IMG/VR virus record: IMGVR_UViG_3300044846_005229
Location: 62,001 to 126,000 of that record
Length of the DNA stretch: 64,000 nt
Reading direction: 5' to 3' (one strand)
Shown here: positions 1-10,069 of the stretch, in pieces
Position numbering within the stretch: position 1 is the stretch's first letter
Layout of the letters: every line of letters starts with the position of its first letter
Made by a program: the position numbers and the translations under genes
The notes under the pieces: generated by a model
Database searches by the model: none
What the model was told of the DNA's origin: nothing
What the model saw: the letters and a program-made list of their open reading frames with translations, nothing else

Positions 1-148
1 TAGATTGAATCATAAACCGACAGATTATTAACTACACCAAGGGACTGATAAAAAACTGGAGCCAACGGGTTTGTGGCACTTTGGCCGAACCCTTGATAGA
101 TTGGGAACCCTGGGTCATAATCAGCGTTGTAGTTACTTTCGAATGCCA

Positions 149-1342
149 TTATTTAAAGGGATTTAGTGCGGAAGTCAAGGATGAGTAAACAGTGTTTATA
201 GTACCTTGGGGATTTTGTAGCGTTTTTAGTATAAAATTAGTTTGAGGGGAATACGATTGTAGGGCCGCCAATGCAGTTGACTGAATAAATGTCGTGGGAT
301 CTGATATGATGTTCCTTGCAGCCTCAGTGATAGAAAGGGCTTTTTGTGCTGTTTTTAAAGCGGTCTCCGCAAAGTTAATGCCAGGTATTGCCGGTAGGGT
401 CGCTGGAATTTGTGGGGTCCATGCAGTAGTAAAAGAGCCTTTAATTTGGCCTTCTATGTACCCAGCATCCTTCCTCACAAAATCCATCGCAGCACCCATG
501 TCTAGGAGCTTAGGGTCTTCGAAAGGGAATGGTTGTTTATCGCTCATCGGTGGGGGATTCCAATTAGCATCGACCCCAAATGGGTTACCAGTGGGCGCAG
601 TCCCGAAAGCTGAGTATCTTTTGCACTGGCCATTGGATGTTGGAAAAGTACAATCACTTACCGTCCCGGCTTGAATGGGGTTTTGCCTATTTCCGGAAGA
701 GTCTGGTGGCTGAATAGAGTCATTAGCCCCTGCGTGTCCATGTTGCAAGTCACAATGTCGTACCCAGATGTACTCGCCGTTTCTTTTCAGACAGACGCAT
801 ACCCAGTCAGAACTCATGGGGCCATCTTCTTCTATGACAGAGCAACCACGGTTTTCCTTGCAAGGTGGGGGTAGACCCCCTGAGGGGTAAACTGGGAGGC
901 GAGTCATGGAAGAGTTGTTAGGAATTGTCAACCCCCCTGCCGCTTGTTCTGTTAGGTTTTGTGGGTCGTAAAGGGTATCACTCAAGATGGCATAGTGGTA
1001 TTGGCCATTACTTAGTATGACATTTACTCTGGACCCTACCAAGTCCGGGGGCTGCTTACCGACAAATGCAGGAGAAGCGTCAATCCAATGTGAATATGAA
1101 TTTCCTTTACCGTCCCTTGGACCCGAAAATAAACCGGCCCCTTCAACCTCAGGTATATCATCCGGGTTCATAGCATCAAATAGTACCCTAACCCTACCGA
1201 GATTCTCAGGGTCATCGACATCGACTATTTTCCCCCTAACCATCCCCCTAGGTAAACCAGCATACTTAGCATTGGATTCTGCAAATAGCATCAACCTGGC
1301 TAAATTGTGAGTTAGCGGTATGCAACTGAGACTTTGTGCCAT
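149..1342 (-). CDS. Baseplate spike / gp5-like OB-fold protein
   Basis: N-terminal RGKIVDVDDPENLGRVRV matches the gp5/VgrG/gpV OB-fold signature; lies in the baseplate cluster. Confidence 0.75.
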   Translation of the reverse strand: MAQSLSCIPLTHNLARLMLFAESNAKYAGLPRGMVRGKIVDVDDPENLGRVRVLFDAMNPDDIPEVEGAGLFSGPRDGKGNSYSHWIDASPAFVGKQPPDLVGSRVNVILSNGQYHYAILSDTLYDPQNLTEQAAGGLTIPNNSSMTRLPVYPSGGLPPPCKENRGCSVIEEDGPMSSDWVCVCLKRNGEYIWVRHCDLQHGHAGANDSIQPPDSSGNRQNPIQAGTVSDCTFPTSNGQCKRYSAFGTAPTGNPFGVDANWNPPPMSDKQPFPFEDPKLLDMGAAMDFVRKDAGYIEGQIKGSFTTAWTPQIPATLPAIPGINFAETALKTAQKALSITEAARNIISDPTTFIQSTALAALQSYSPQTNFILKTLQNPQGTINTVYSSLTSALNPFK

Positions 1343-1689
1343 TACTTATGCGCTGAGAATCTAGGGGTATTTCTAAGTTGGGTGCGCTTTGGCCGGGGTT
1401 TGACTATCTTTTGTTCCTCTTGTGCCACTTGTGCCACTTGTGTGTCACTAATCGGAAATTGAGTTAATTCATTTTTGTCTAACTCTGCAGTTTCCTCAGG
1501 CACTTTTGGTTTAGAGAGGGCTTTAAGAATTGGGCTTAGTTGCTTGGGGCTTACTTCCAAAATTGGTTCAGGGCTTTCGGGGGTAGCGGGGTTCCCAAGG
1601 TTCCCAAGGCCCTCAGCGCTATCGGAGGTAGCGGGGGTAGCGGGGGTTAAATCCTGAGTCTCATCCAAGTTTTTTCTTTTGGTGGTCAT
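1342..1689 (-). CDS. Hypothetical low-complexity protein
   Basis: 115-aa ORF whose stop overlaps the spike start; GGGTAAAA motif 24 nt upstream. Confidence 0.55.
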   Translation of the reverse strand: MTTKRKNLDETQDLTPATPATSDSAEGLGNLGNPATPESPEPILEVSPKQLSPILKALSKPKVPEETAELDKNELTQFPISDTQVAQVAQEEQKIVKPRPKRTQLRNTPRFSAHK

Positions 1690-1742
1690 AATAATTTGTT
1701 TGTATGATAGATTTTTACCCTGACTTTAGTGTTACCGGCCAA

Positions 1743-4637
1743 TTATGGACAGTCCGGACATGGGGTCAAATAGAGGGGGGTTCTTTGCGTACATTTTTTC
1801 CAAGACGCGGGATTAAATGGGTCGAAGAAAGTTTCATCAGCGGCCGACAAATCAGCAGCAAAATACGCATAGCCGACCTTATAGTGATTGGCGTCTACTC
1901 TGTAAGATTCTTCGTTTATGACACAAGTAGTAGGGATCTTATAGATACTGGAATCCCAAAGTGGGGCGTCTATACTTTCGATAATTGAATCCCCCAAGTC
2001 ATTAGCTAAGTGGCCGGATAGTCTTCCGCATTCGTCAGCTCTGTAGTAATCTCCTTCCCAATCCCCATAGACTTTATCTGATGTGGCTTCAGTGGTCGCT
2101 CTACGGTCGTGGAGGGGGGCATATTCCACTATTTTGGGCCCTGAGAAATCATCAAAATCAATGTCCGCACCCGGCAATATGGCGGCATTTAGGTAGTCCT
2201 CTTCCAGACCTAGGCCGTACCTTACATTGGAATATAAGTAAGATTCAGAATACAGATAAGTAGGACTCGATGGCTCTAGACCGTATAGAAACACATCGTC
2301 GTAAATCCTTGGTTGCTCTTGCTGAGGGGGACACTCCATGTCTTCTGGAGATAAAGGAGACCCCCATAAGCCAAAATCTTGGCAAATCAGGTTTACTTTT
2401 TGCCACTCTGGCCCGTTCCTTTGGTAGGCCGGTGGTAGCCTTAGGAAATAATTCTCCCAGTTTTCATCACCTACTCCTGAGTTTAAATCAGCCACGAGGG
2501 CATTGTCATACATATCCAACTCTGGTACGGAATTGACCACATACAGGGGCTTCGTCTTCCAGATTCTCAAAGAAGTAGAAGCGTCCATTACGTTGGGGGA
2601 CATGTAGATTTGTAACCCACTGAATACCAAGTTGGAGATGTCGTGTCTAAATGTATAAGTCAGCGAATCCGTTATTATTACTGTCGGGAGTTTAACTTTT
2701 CCCTCGAAAGTCATTGTGTTGTAGGAAAAATTAAAAGTCCCATTTAGGCTGTCAACTGTAAAAACTATTTGGAAGTCCTCAGTTTGATACGGAATGGATG
2801 GCTCTAGTGGTACATCGTTACAAAATACCTTAACAGCATCAAAATTGACAGCTGATGATGGGACAGCAGGGGTGAAACTATTGATGTCTACCCAGTCTCC
2901 TTGCAGTTCCCATTGGGTGCCTACTAACTCCCACCGATTATAATAGAAGATAGATGCCCCCCTTACCTGTGGGTCGGGGTTACTGTAATCCCAAGATAAT
3001 TCCCCATCTTGTAGCTCATCGCCAAAGAGACGGGTATCTCCGATGTACCTTAATTTGGACGGAGGTGAAATATACCAAGGACTCCTCGGCTGATTATCCC
3101 ACCTTGATAAGATCAGGGGGTAAGGGCCCCCCAGGTTTGCCAATAGGTTGGCAATCACATAGCTACTAGTGGATGGGCTAAGGGATGCCGAATTCTCTAG
3201 TTTGATAATTACCCTTGCAGGTAAAATGGGGGCGTCTATGGAAAAGTTTGCCTCATCAGGGTATACTACAGACTGCAGCTGCCAGTGCCCCTCATCAGAT
3301 GGTTTGAACAGGTTGATTTGGCAAGTACCGGATATGACCCCAGACAGACCTATAACTCCATCAGCTTCTGATAGCCCAGTGGCGTCTAAGATCCTAACGA
3401 CTGCCCCGATTGTAATTGGGTCCGTATAGCTAGAGAAACTATTATAATCAGGGAATAGGAAATCAGGGATTAAGGGGAAATTACCATCTTCAGGATACTC
3501 TATCTCCACCCATGGGCCACAGTTGAAGCCGCCCCCGTCGTAAACCGAAAATGATCCTGTCTGGCTATTCCACCAGATTTGATTTTGTTTTGGAGACGGG
3601 GTAGTAGGGCTTACTGCTGCCTTCTGGTAGTAAATGAAATTTAAAATGTCATTAAATGGTATCTTTCTTTCCACTAGCGCCAAATACAGGGAGTTTCTCT
3701 CATCGAAACCGTGTAAGCTAAGACTATCAAATACGAAATTAAATGGTAAAAATCCGCCCTTATTCCCCCAGACCCCTGTAAAATTATCTAAGACGGATTT
3801 GCAATTCCAGTCGCTATTGAATGACCAGGGCAATACCAAGAAAGTTGAGCTATATTCATCATACTTTAATAGGGCATTAATTCCAAGACCTTCTAATTTT
3901 AGATTTGGGGGGATGTCTAGGAACCATGACTTTGTTTCAAAACTATAGGTTGGATCTATGGTAACTTCTTCAGAAATGATGAGCTGTACGGGTTTATCAA
4001 AGTATAGTCTGGACCCCACATAAAATATGTTGAATACATACGGTAAAGAGTATTGGTTATCAAAATCTGGGTGGAGGACTATGGAACCAGTCTCATCCAC
4101 TAGGCTAACCAAAAATGAAGCATCAGCAGAGGTGCCTGGAGTCGGCCTGTAGAATGGGGCTGGTCGAGAACTTTCTATATCAATTTTAATTTGACTACCA
4201 ATAGAATAATCAAGTATGAATTGATCATTAAACTCGCTAATAAACAACGATAAGGATTGGCTATTTTTTTGGACGCCCTTTATTTCGTACGAGTAATCAC
4301 CCAATGTCAAAATTTGACCGATTTGAATTCTGTTATCAGATTCAACGACAATGGAACCTTCCCAGTTCCTAATTTCTTTGACGGCAGGAAATACAGAGCT
4401 ATTGTAAACACCGAAAGTGCCAACCAAGAGTTGCCGTTTTTGGTCTATGTTTGAAGCAAGACTAAACCAGTATTCATCACCGCTCCAACCTAATAGCTGA
4501 GCCAACCAATCTAATTGGTTACTAACTCTGGTTCCAACTTGTTGGACAGATGTAGCTTGACTTTCTGATAGGAATGGATTAGAATACCCATAGAGTTCGT
4601 AGTCGTCTATGTTAAAATTTGGGTAAATTTTGGTCAT
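1743..4637 (-). CDS. Large virion structural protein (baseplate/tail associated, function unknown)
   Basis: 964-aa acidic/aromatic ORF, tightly packed downstream of the baseplate J gene cluster. Confidence 0.55.
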   Translation of the reverse strand: MTKIYPNFNIDDYELYGYSNPFLSESQATSVQQVGTRVSNQLDWLAQLLGWSGDEYWFSLASNIDQKRQLLVGTFGVYNSSVFPAVKEIRNWEGSIVVESDNRIQIGQILTLGDYSYEIKGVQKNSQSLSLFISEFNDQFILDYSIGSQIKIDIESSRPAPFYRPTPGTSADASFLVSLVDETGSIVLHPDFDNQYSLPYVFNIFYVGSRLYFDKPVQLIISEEVTIDPTYSFETKSWFLDIPPNLKLEGLGINALLKYDEYSSTFLVLPWSFNSDWNCKSVLDNFTGVWGNKGGFLPFNFVFDSLSLHGFDERNSLYLALVERKIPFNDILNFIYYQKAAVSPTTPSPKQNQIWWNSQTGSFSVYDGGGFNCGPWVEIEYPEDGNFPLIPDFLFPDYNSFSSYTDPITIGAVVRILDATGLSEADGVIGLSGVISGTCQINLFKPSDEGHWQLQSVVYPDEANFSIDAPILPARVIIKLENSASLSPSTSSYVIANLLANLGGPYPLILSRWDNQPRSPWYISPPSKLRYIGDTRLFGDELQDGELSWDYSNPDPQVRGASIFYYNRWELVGTQWELQGDWVDINSFTPAVPSSAVNFDAVKVFCNDVPLEPSIPYQTEDFQIVFTVDSLNGTFNFSYNTMTFEGKVKLPTVIITDSLTYTFRHDISNLVFSGLQIYMSPNVMDASTSLRIWKTKPLYVVNSVPELDMYDNALVADLNSGVGDENWENYFLRLPPAYQRNGPEWQKVNLICQDFGLWGSPLSPEDMECPPQQEQPRIYDDVFLYGLEPSSPTYLYSESYLYSNVRYGLGLEEDYLNAAILPGADIDFDDFSGPKIVEYAPLHDRRATTEATSDKVYGDWEGDYYRADECGRLSGHLANDLGDSIIESIDAPLWDSSIYKIPTTCVINEESYRVDANHYKVGYAYFAADLSAADETFFDPFNPASWKKCTQRTPLYLTPCPDCP

Positions 4638-4638
4638 T

Positions 4639-5934
4639 TTATTCTACAATGATTAGATCATCAGATAGTGCTAAGTATTCTTGATTCATGCAAGTATCGG
4701 GGGTCATCCAAAGGGCCGAATAATTATCCACTTGCTCGTATAGGTTAATCAAGTTGTCATCCCATGGCCTTGTAAGCCATTCTGCAATGGGTTGGTAATC
4801 TGCATTTACAGACTCTCTGATGTCAAAAATTTTCTTTACCTCATAACTCGGGGAAATATCAACTTGAGCAAGTTTACAATAGGTGACTGGAACTTCTTCC
4901 CCCGCACTATTAATTACTATAGATGGCAGACTACCCAGTGGGTGAGCAACAAGAGATACTTCTGATTTACCCGTTGATGGTCCCCTCAGAAGGGAGATAG
5001 TCCCTGAAACAGAAACAGATTGTATGGAAATTTTGGGGTCTGACCACTCGATCTTCCAACCAGTATTAAAAGTGGGTATTGCAATTTTAAATGTAAAGAA
5101 TTGACCCGTACTATCCCTACTAACTTCCACTGTTTCCACAAAAATCCAATCCGGATCAGGGCAGTATGGGTTATCAGGGTACGGTTGCCCAGGGTTATCA
5201 GGATCTTCGTTAAAACAGTTGGTTATAGATAGGGTGGCGCTACCCGTAATTACAGTGTTAGGTGGGCAACGGAATGTTATCTCAGAAAAAGAAGCCGCCC
5301 TGGGGAATTGCCAGTATAAGTACGGCGCTCCAGAATAATATGGAAATACCCCATCGTAATTTCTCCATTCTAGGGTCGCATCATTGCAAAAAGCATATTT
5401 AGGTACGAACCTCCACCCTACCTCAGAATCTGTGCCACTGACGACATTCATTTCGTGACCAGATAAGGAATAATTCTCTACAGAATACAAAGCATAGAAG
5501 GGGGAATCGTCATAGGTCAATTTATAAGCTATCAAATATTGGGAATCAGCCATCCCAACCAATTCTAAATTTATAATGACTGGGCCTATGTAAAGATTAC
5601 CGTGCTCCCAAACTACGGTTCCAGGCTTGATGACTAAAAATTTATCGCCCCCTGATGCAACAACTTCTAGGGAATTAGGGCCAAACGGACTTTCCCCAGG
5701 CGGTAGATACACATAGGCAGACTTCCTATCTAGTCCAAAGTCAACATAGTATCGTTCCGATGCGGCAGGTAACCTACCATAAATAGGTCTACCACCTGGT
5801 ACCCATTCAGTGGGTGTCTCAAACAGGTTATTAGCCTCTTGAAACTGGACGGATAATATAGTACCAAATGTAGGATTAGAAGATGTCTGAATTTCCCCCC
5901 TACCCCCATTTAAAGGCGTGATAATCTGGCTCAT
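4639..5934 (-). CDS. Putative baseplate/tail protein
   Basis: 431-aa ORF overlapping the baseplate J stop by 4 nt. Confidence 0.5.
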   Translation of the reverse strand: MSQIITPLNGGRGEIQTSSNPTFGTILSVQFQEANNLFETPTEWVPGGRPIYGRLPAASERYYVDFGLDRKSAYVYLPPGESPFGPNSLEVVASGGDKFLVIKPGTVVWEHGNLYIGPVIINLELVGMADSQYLIAYKLTYDDSPFYALYSVENYSLSGHEMNVVSGTDSEVGWRFVPKYAFCNDATLEWRNYDGVFPYYSGAPYLYWQFPRAASFSEITFRCPPNTVITGSATLSITNCFNEDPDNPGQPYPDNPYCPDPDWIFVETVEVSRDSTGQFFTFKIAIPTFNTGWKIEWSDPKISIQSVSVSGTISLLRGPSTGKSEVSLVAHPLGSLPSIVINSAGEEVPVTYCKLAQVDISPSYEVKKIFDIRESVNADYQPIAEWLTRPWDDNLINLYEQVDNYSALWMTPDTCMNQEYLALSDDLIIVE

Positions 5935-8900
5935 AGACTTAAGGTCCCTTCTTTATAGTCAGGCGGTTGGTAGGGGAAAGTAGTCCCAGTATACCAAGAG
6001 AGTTGGGGAACATCTGTATTGGAACTAGGGTTCTCCCACACATAGGTTATTTTCTGATTAGAGTTAGAAAATCTCCCTGTATTGCGAGGTACTAGTGTTA
6101 TTTGGGCTACTCCCAATTTAATCGAGGAGGTCTCCAATCCAAATTGAGAGATAATTTCCTCTTCACACCTGTAAAAAGAGACGTACCTCAGTAGGTTATC
6201 GGCAAATTCTTCAAATCTGGCCGTATTGGTGACTGTCATGTTTGTCCAGTTGGTCACCGTTGTTTGAGGTGTGAATGCTCTCATTACTCTATAGATATTC
6301 CTGCCATCCTCTGCTACAAGGGTGTCCTCTGCGTATTTGATATACTCCGGATTAAAATATGGGATGTATGTCCGGGAGTCAAATTCGTTTGTTCCAGCTT
6401 CTGAGGAGTCTATGAAAATACCGTTTTTGTAGTAAATTGAAAAGTCAAATAAGGGGCTTACGCTAGATGTGGCTGTATAGGATCTTACCGAATTACCATT
6501 TCTAAAGTAGGTTCTGTCCCCTCTGTAGAAAGTAAACATCCTGACAAATGTATTTATTTCCGTCAGCCGGGGGTAAAGAGAGGTTATTTGGATTTGGAAG
6601 CCACTGCCGGTGCCGCCCAAGTAACTATTATCTATAGTCAGGACATCACCAATCGAGAACCCTCTTCCAAAATCAGATAACTCGTAGGAAATAATTGTAT
6701 TCCCTGAGACTACCAAGTTAATGGATCCGTTGACCCCAACCCCATTGATCGGGTTGCCATATATTAAAGGTAGGTTAGTATAGGCACCGTTTCGGTAACC
6801 TGACCCCCCGTTGACCAAGTTGGTCGTCTTTATTCTGCCAGATACGCTATTATCTACTAGGTCGTCTAATTGCGACCTTAGCTCGAATGAAGGTGCAAGG
6901 TTGATCACTGAGCCATCATTGATTAAGTCCTGAATAGATGTGCTGCTTGGTGTGAAGTACTTGGCGGCAATACAATAGGTAGGGGTCCCCCCTGAAACTT
7001 CCCTGTATTCTAAATACTGCCCACATTTGAATCTAGGTTTGTATTTGTAAATGGGTAGCCCACCATTGCCATCTAGTACGGACACTTCTTTTATAATGCC
7101 TTGCTTTATTAATTCGCTAAAGTAATCTACGGTTAGTGCCCCATTGGGTTCGTAAGTAAAAGGCGCAATTACATAGGCGTACTTATTGACAGCCCCTTTC
7201 GTTACGTCAACATAGTTATAATGGGGGTCAGAAACAGCATCCGGACCGCTCCCAACCTGTGGTGTGTAAACCCAAGTTCCTGCTAAGTAGGACTGACCTT
7301 CAACTAGTTGATTGTAATTATTTGGCAAGCTAGAATTTAAAGCTGGTCCTATTTTATTTTCAGTCTGGGACCCGGTAATGTCATTCGTAGAAGGGAATAA
7401 GATAAAATTCTGAGCTACCAGCCAAGCTAATCTTCCGACAGTAGTGGTAGGTAGGAACTCACCGTCTGAGTAGTCATACTCAACGATTTCTGGGTCTATT
7501 GTTGTCCCCAGTGAATATTGGTAAGTATTATTTACGACCCATGCAGAATAAGTCTTTGCCGAAGAAATTTTTCCAGCTACAAAGGCACTGGGGATATCTG
7601 CTGAAGATCCAATTACTATGTTTTCAAGGACTACGAATAATTGATTATTGAAGAACACAATGTCCCCCAAACTGTATCTACCGGCAGTAAGTAACTTTAT
7701 TTGCTTTAAAGCAAGATTACCGTACACAGTTTGGTCGAATTTGTTTGTTGAATAGGGGCTATACGCTTCTTCTACTGGGTAGTATAAGGGGTTAGGGTTA
7801 TTAACTACAATGAGGTCATCGCCATTTAAAATAGTATTTACGGGTTCAAAATCATATACATTAGTATAAATAGCAGCGTCTTTACTCAGAAGAACAGGAG
7901 TATTGTAAGCTGCGGAGTAGTTAATTTGAGGGTCTTTGAACCTACTGATAGAATCAAAAGTATTATAAAAAGCTGCATCAACATCACTTACGGTTGGGTT
8001 CGTGTCAGTTGGGAAAACATTTCCAGGGGTCAGTACTGTGGATAACCTATCCCTAAAATTCAAAGTTACAGGCTGATAATTAGAGCCATAGATACCATTG
8101 GCATCAACTTCAAGAGTTATGTTATATTGAGTTTGGCTTAGAGTAATAGGGTACAGGTGGGCTTGATTTTCAATGGGGATCGAGAAATTAATTACATTTT
8201 GACCCCTTCTTATTTGGTCATCTGTTAATTCTATACCATTGGGTCCAAGCACAAAGAAAGAAACTTGTCCATTGGGCTTCGTAAAGTCAGACAAATAATT
8301 ATAACCAAATCTGCTACTTCTATTGGGTTGAACAGAAGTCAGAGTCCCTAAACCAAACATATCTATGAAGAAATTCTCCCAGTCTGCCTGGCTAACGGGA
8401 TTCCTGCGTCGGATTAGGGAGAAAAATCTTTCTTGAACTTGAGCATATGTTTCTACATCACTGCCCCCTACCGCAGGTTCAGGATTGGTTACTACGGTGC
8501 TAGCTTCCCCGAGGTCTGGGGGACCAGTAATTGAATTAGCCGGGACATTATAGATGTTACCTACAAATTTAGAATAAACAGGGATTTCAACTTCGGTCTT
8601 ACCGGCAGGTATTGTGACACTATATGAGCTTACATATTCAAATCCTTGGCCGCCTGATAATTGGGGGTTGGATGTAAATACAGACCCGGATGGTACCGAT
8701 AAGTCTGAATTTCTTGGTGCTATTGACAACCTAACCAAAGCTGTAGCAGGGGTACCTAGTCTCCTTAGGGCGCCTAAAAATGGGCCTATCCATTCGATAA
8801 GGATCTTATTTGGTAGTTGATTCGCCCAAAATAAAAATTCACCTTGAGAAAAAGCCTGCCCCTCTAAAAGAACCGCAAGGGGATTCCCTGCACTGAAGTC

Positions 8901-9011
8901 ATTGAGGGTTTTGTTAGACGCCTCGTATACTTTTTGCGCTGCATCTTGAACTAATTGTGCCTCGTTCCTTGGGTCTATTGAAACCGAGGGGAGGGGAGCA
9001 TATCTTGGCAT
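5931..9011 (-). CDS. Baseplate J-like wedge protein with long C-terminal extension
   Basis: LNDFSAGNPLAVLLE, G..YNVPANSI and VTNPEPAVGGSDVET motifs typical of baseplate J/gp6 proteins. Confidence 0.8.
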   Translation of the reverse strand: MPRYAPLPSVSIDPRNEAQLVQDAAQKVYEASNKTLNDFSAGNPLAVLLEGQAFSQGEFLFWANQLPNKILIEWIGPFLGALRRLGTPATALVRLSIAPRNSDLSVPSGSVFTSNPQLSGGQGFEYVSSYSVTIPAGKTEVEIPVYSKFVGNIYNVPANSITGPPDLGEASTVVTNPEPAVGGSDVETYAQVQERFFSLIRRRNPVSQADWENFFIDMFGLGTLTSVQPNRSSRFGYNYLSDFTKPNGQVSFFVLGPNGIELTDDQIRRGQNVINFSIPIENQAHLYPITLSQTQYNITLEVDANGIYGSNYQPVTLNFRDRLSTVLTPGNVFPTDTNPTVSDVDAAFYNTFDSISRFKDPQINYSAAYNTPVLLSKDAAIYTNVYDFEPVNTILNGDDLIVVNNPNPLYYPVEEAYSPYSTNKFDQTVYGNLALKQIKLLTAGRYSLGDIVFFNNQLFVVLENIVIGSSADIPSAFVAGKISSAKTYSAWVVNNTYQYSLGTTIDPEIVEYDYSDGEFLPTTTVGRLAWLVAQNFILFPSTNDITGSQTENKIGPALNSSLPNNYNQLVEGQSYLAGTWVYTPQVGSGPDAVSDPHYNYVDVTKGAVNKYAYVIAPFTYEPNGALTVDYFSELIKQGIIKEVSVLDGNGGLPIYKYKPRFKCGQYLEYREVSGGTPTYCIAAKYFTPSSTSIQDLINDGSVINLAPSFELRSQLDDLVDNSVSGRIKTTNLVNGGSGYRNGAYTNLPLIYGNPINGVGVNGSINLVVSGNTIISYELSDFGRGFSIGDVLTIDNSYLGGTGSGFQIQITSLYPRLTEINTFVRMFTFYRGDRTYFRNGNSVRSYTATSSVSPLFDFSIYYKNGIFIDSSEAGTNEFDSRTYIPYFNPEYIKYAEDTLVAEDGRNIYRVMRAFTPQTTVTNWTNMTVTNTARFEEFADNLLRYVSFYRCEEEIISQFGLETSSIKLGVAQITLVPRNTGRFSNSNQKITYVWENPSSNTDVPQLSWYTGTTFPYQPPDYKEGTLSL

Positions 9012-9023
9012 TTAATCCTCTAA

Positions 9024-9515
9024 TCAGTATTCGCCGTTGTCAATGACTAAATTGTTTAGCAAATCGGCTAAGATTTTCTTGGTGATTAAGTCAGCATCAT
9101 CCAATGACCCGAACTTTTGAGCTACTGACGGGTTAGGTGTCCCATTAGCGTAATTATATTTATTGTTTGTCGTATAACTTCTAGGGGCATTTTCTTTGAT
9201 ATTTTCAGGGTTGACATTATTATAATTTTCATCCAACAAAGTAGGGAAACCAAACCACCATTTACCTAAGGTAACTTTATTGCCAGTGATAGGGGCTCCA
9301 GAAATGAATTCATTTAAGCTAGATAGCGTAGGCTGGTTGGTACCTAAAGTCATGTACCGACTATCCAATCCATTCGGACCAGCCGTAACCAGAGAGTTCA
9401 ATCCGAGGGGGTCATAGTGCCAATCTAAATCTTGGCCATCGAAAAATATTTGTTTTGCTCCGTTCAACCATGCACTGGTTACAATGACAGCGGAACTGTA
9501 AGTTGTCTTTGCCAT
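9024..9515 (-). CDS. Putative virion protein
   Basis: 163-aa ORF at the head of the baseplate operon; GAGG SD precedes the next gene; GGGTAAAA upstream. Confidence 0.55.
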   Translation of the reverse strand: MAKTTYSSAVIVTSAWLNGAKQIFFDGQDLDWHYDPLGLNSLVTAGPNGLDSRYMTLGTNQPTLSSLNEFISGAPITGNKVTLGKWWFGFPTLLDENYNNVNPENIKENAPRSYTTNNKYNYANGTPNPSVAQKFGSLDDADLITKKILADLLNNLVIDNGEY

Positions 9516-9557
9516 TATCCGTTGGTAATCCTGTTATGTATGTTTTACCCTGCCTAC

Positions 9558-9579
9558 AAAAAAGCCCCCTTTCGGGGGC
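9558..9579 (-). terminator. Rho-independent terminator after capsid-tube transcript
   Basis: Minus strand GCCCCC-GAAA-GGGGGC followed by T6. Confidence 0.8.
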
Positions 9580-9597
9580 AATTATTGAACCACAAAA

Positions 9598-10041
9598 TCA
9601 AGTTCTGTCCCAAATATTGACGGTCAGTTCCACTTCAATTTCCTGGACGTTTCCGCTGTCGCGATCAACGTTGGCAGTAGTGATTGATAGGAATTTACAA
9701 CCGTAGCAGGTGTACGCGCCACCGGCTGGAGCAGATCCTGTACCAGTACAGTCCCTAGGGGTTACTGTAACGGTAACATCTTGACAATTGTAGTTTAACC
9801 AGAAGTTCTCTAATTGCTTGAAGATCGTAGGATCATACGGAGCAGTAAGAGTAACATTATCTGCAGTTCGTGGGCCAACGACATGGTACTTTCGGTTTCC
9901 AGTGCCATTGGCGTATTCGCTCTTTTCGGAAGAATCTTTGATACCACTGAATTTTGTGAAAACAGCGATTAAAGACACCCCGTTGGGAGCTACGAACGAT
10001 ACCTCGTATTGCGACTTTGTTAAAGGTCTGAGAATTGCCAT
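9598..10041 (-). CDS. Tail tube protein (gp19-like)
   Basis: 147 aa with F.KFSGI, ADNVTLT, YTCYGCKF and DRDSGNVQEIEVELTV, the usual contractile tube pattern; strong SD AAAGAGGTG upstream. Confidence 0.75.
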   Translation of the reverse strand: MAILRPLTKSQYEVSFVAPNGVSLIAVFTKFSGIKDSSEKSEYANGTGNRKYHVVGPRTADNVTLTAPYDPTIFKQLENFWLNYNCQDVTVTVTPRDCTGTGSAPAGGAYTCYGCKFLSITTANVDRDSGNVQEIEVELTVNIWDRT

Positions 10042-10069
10042 GGGATCACCTCTTTATTTCCTATCCTTA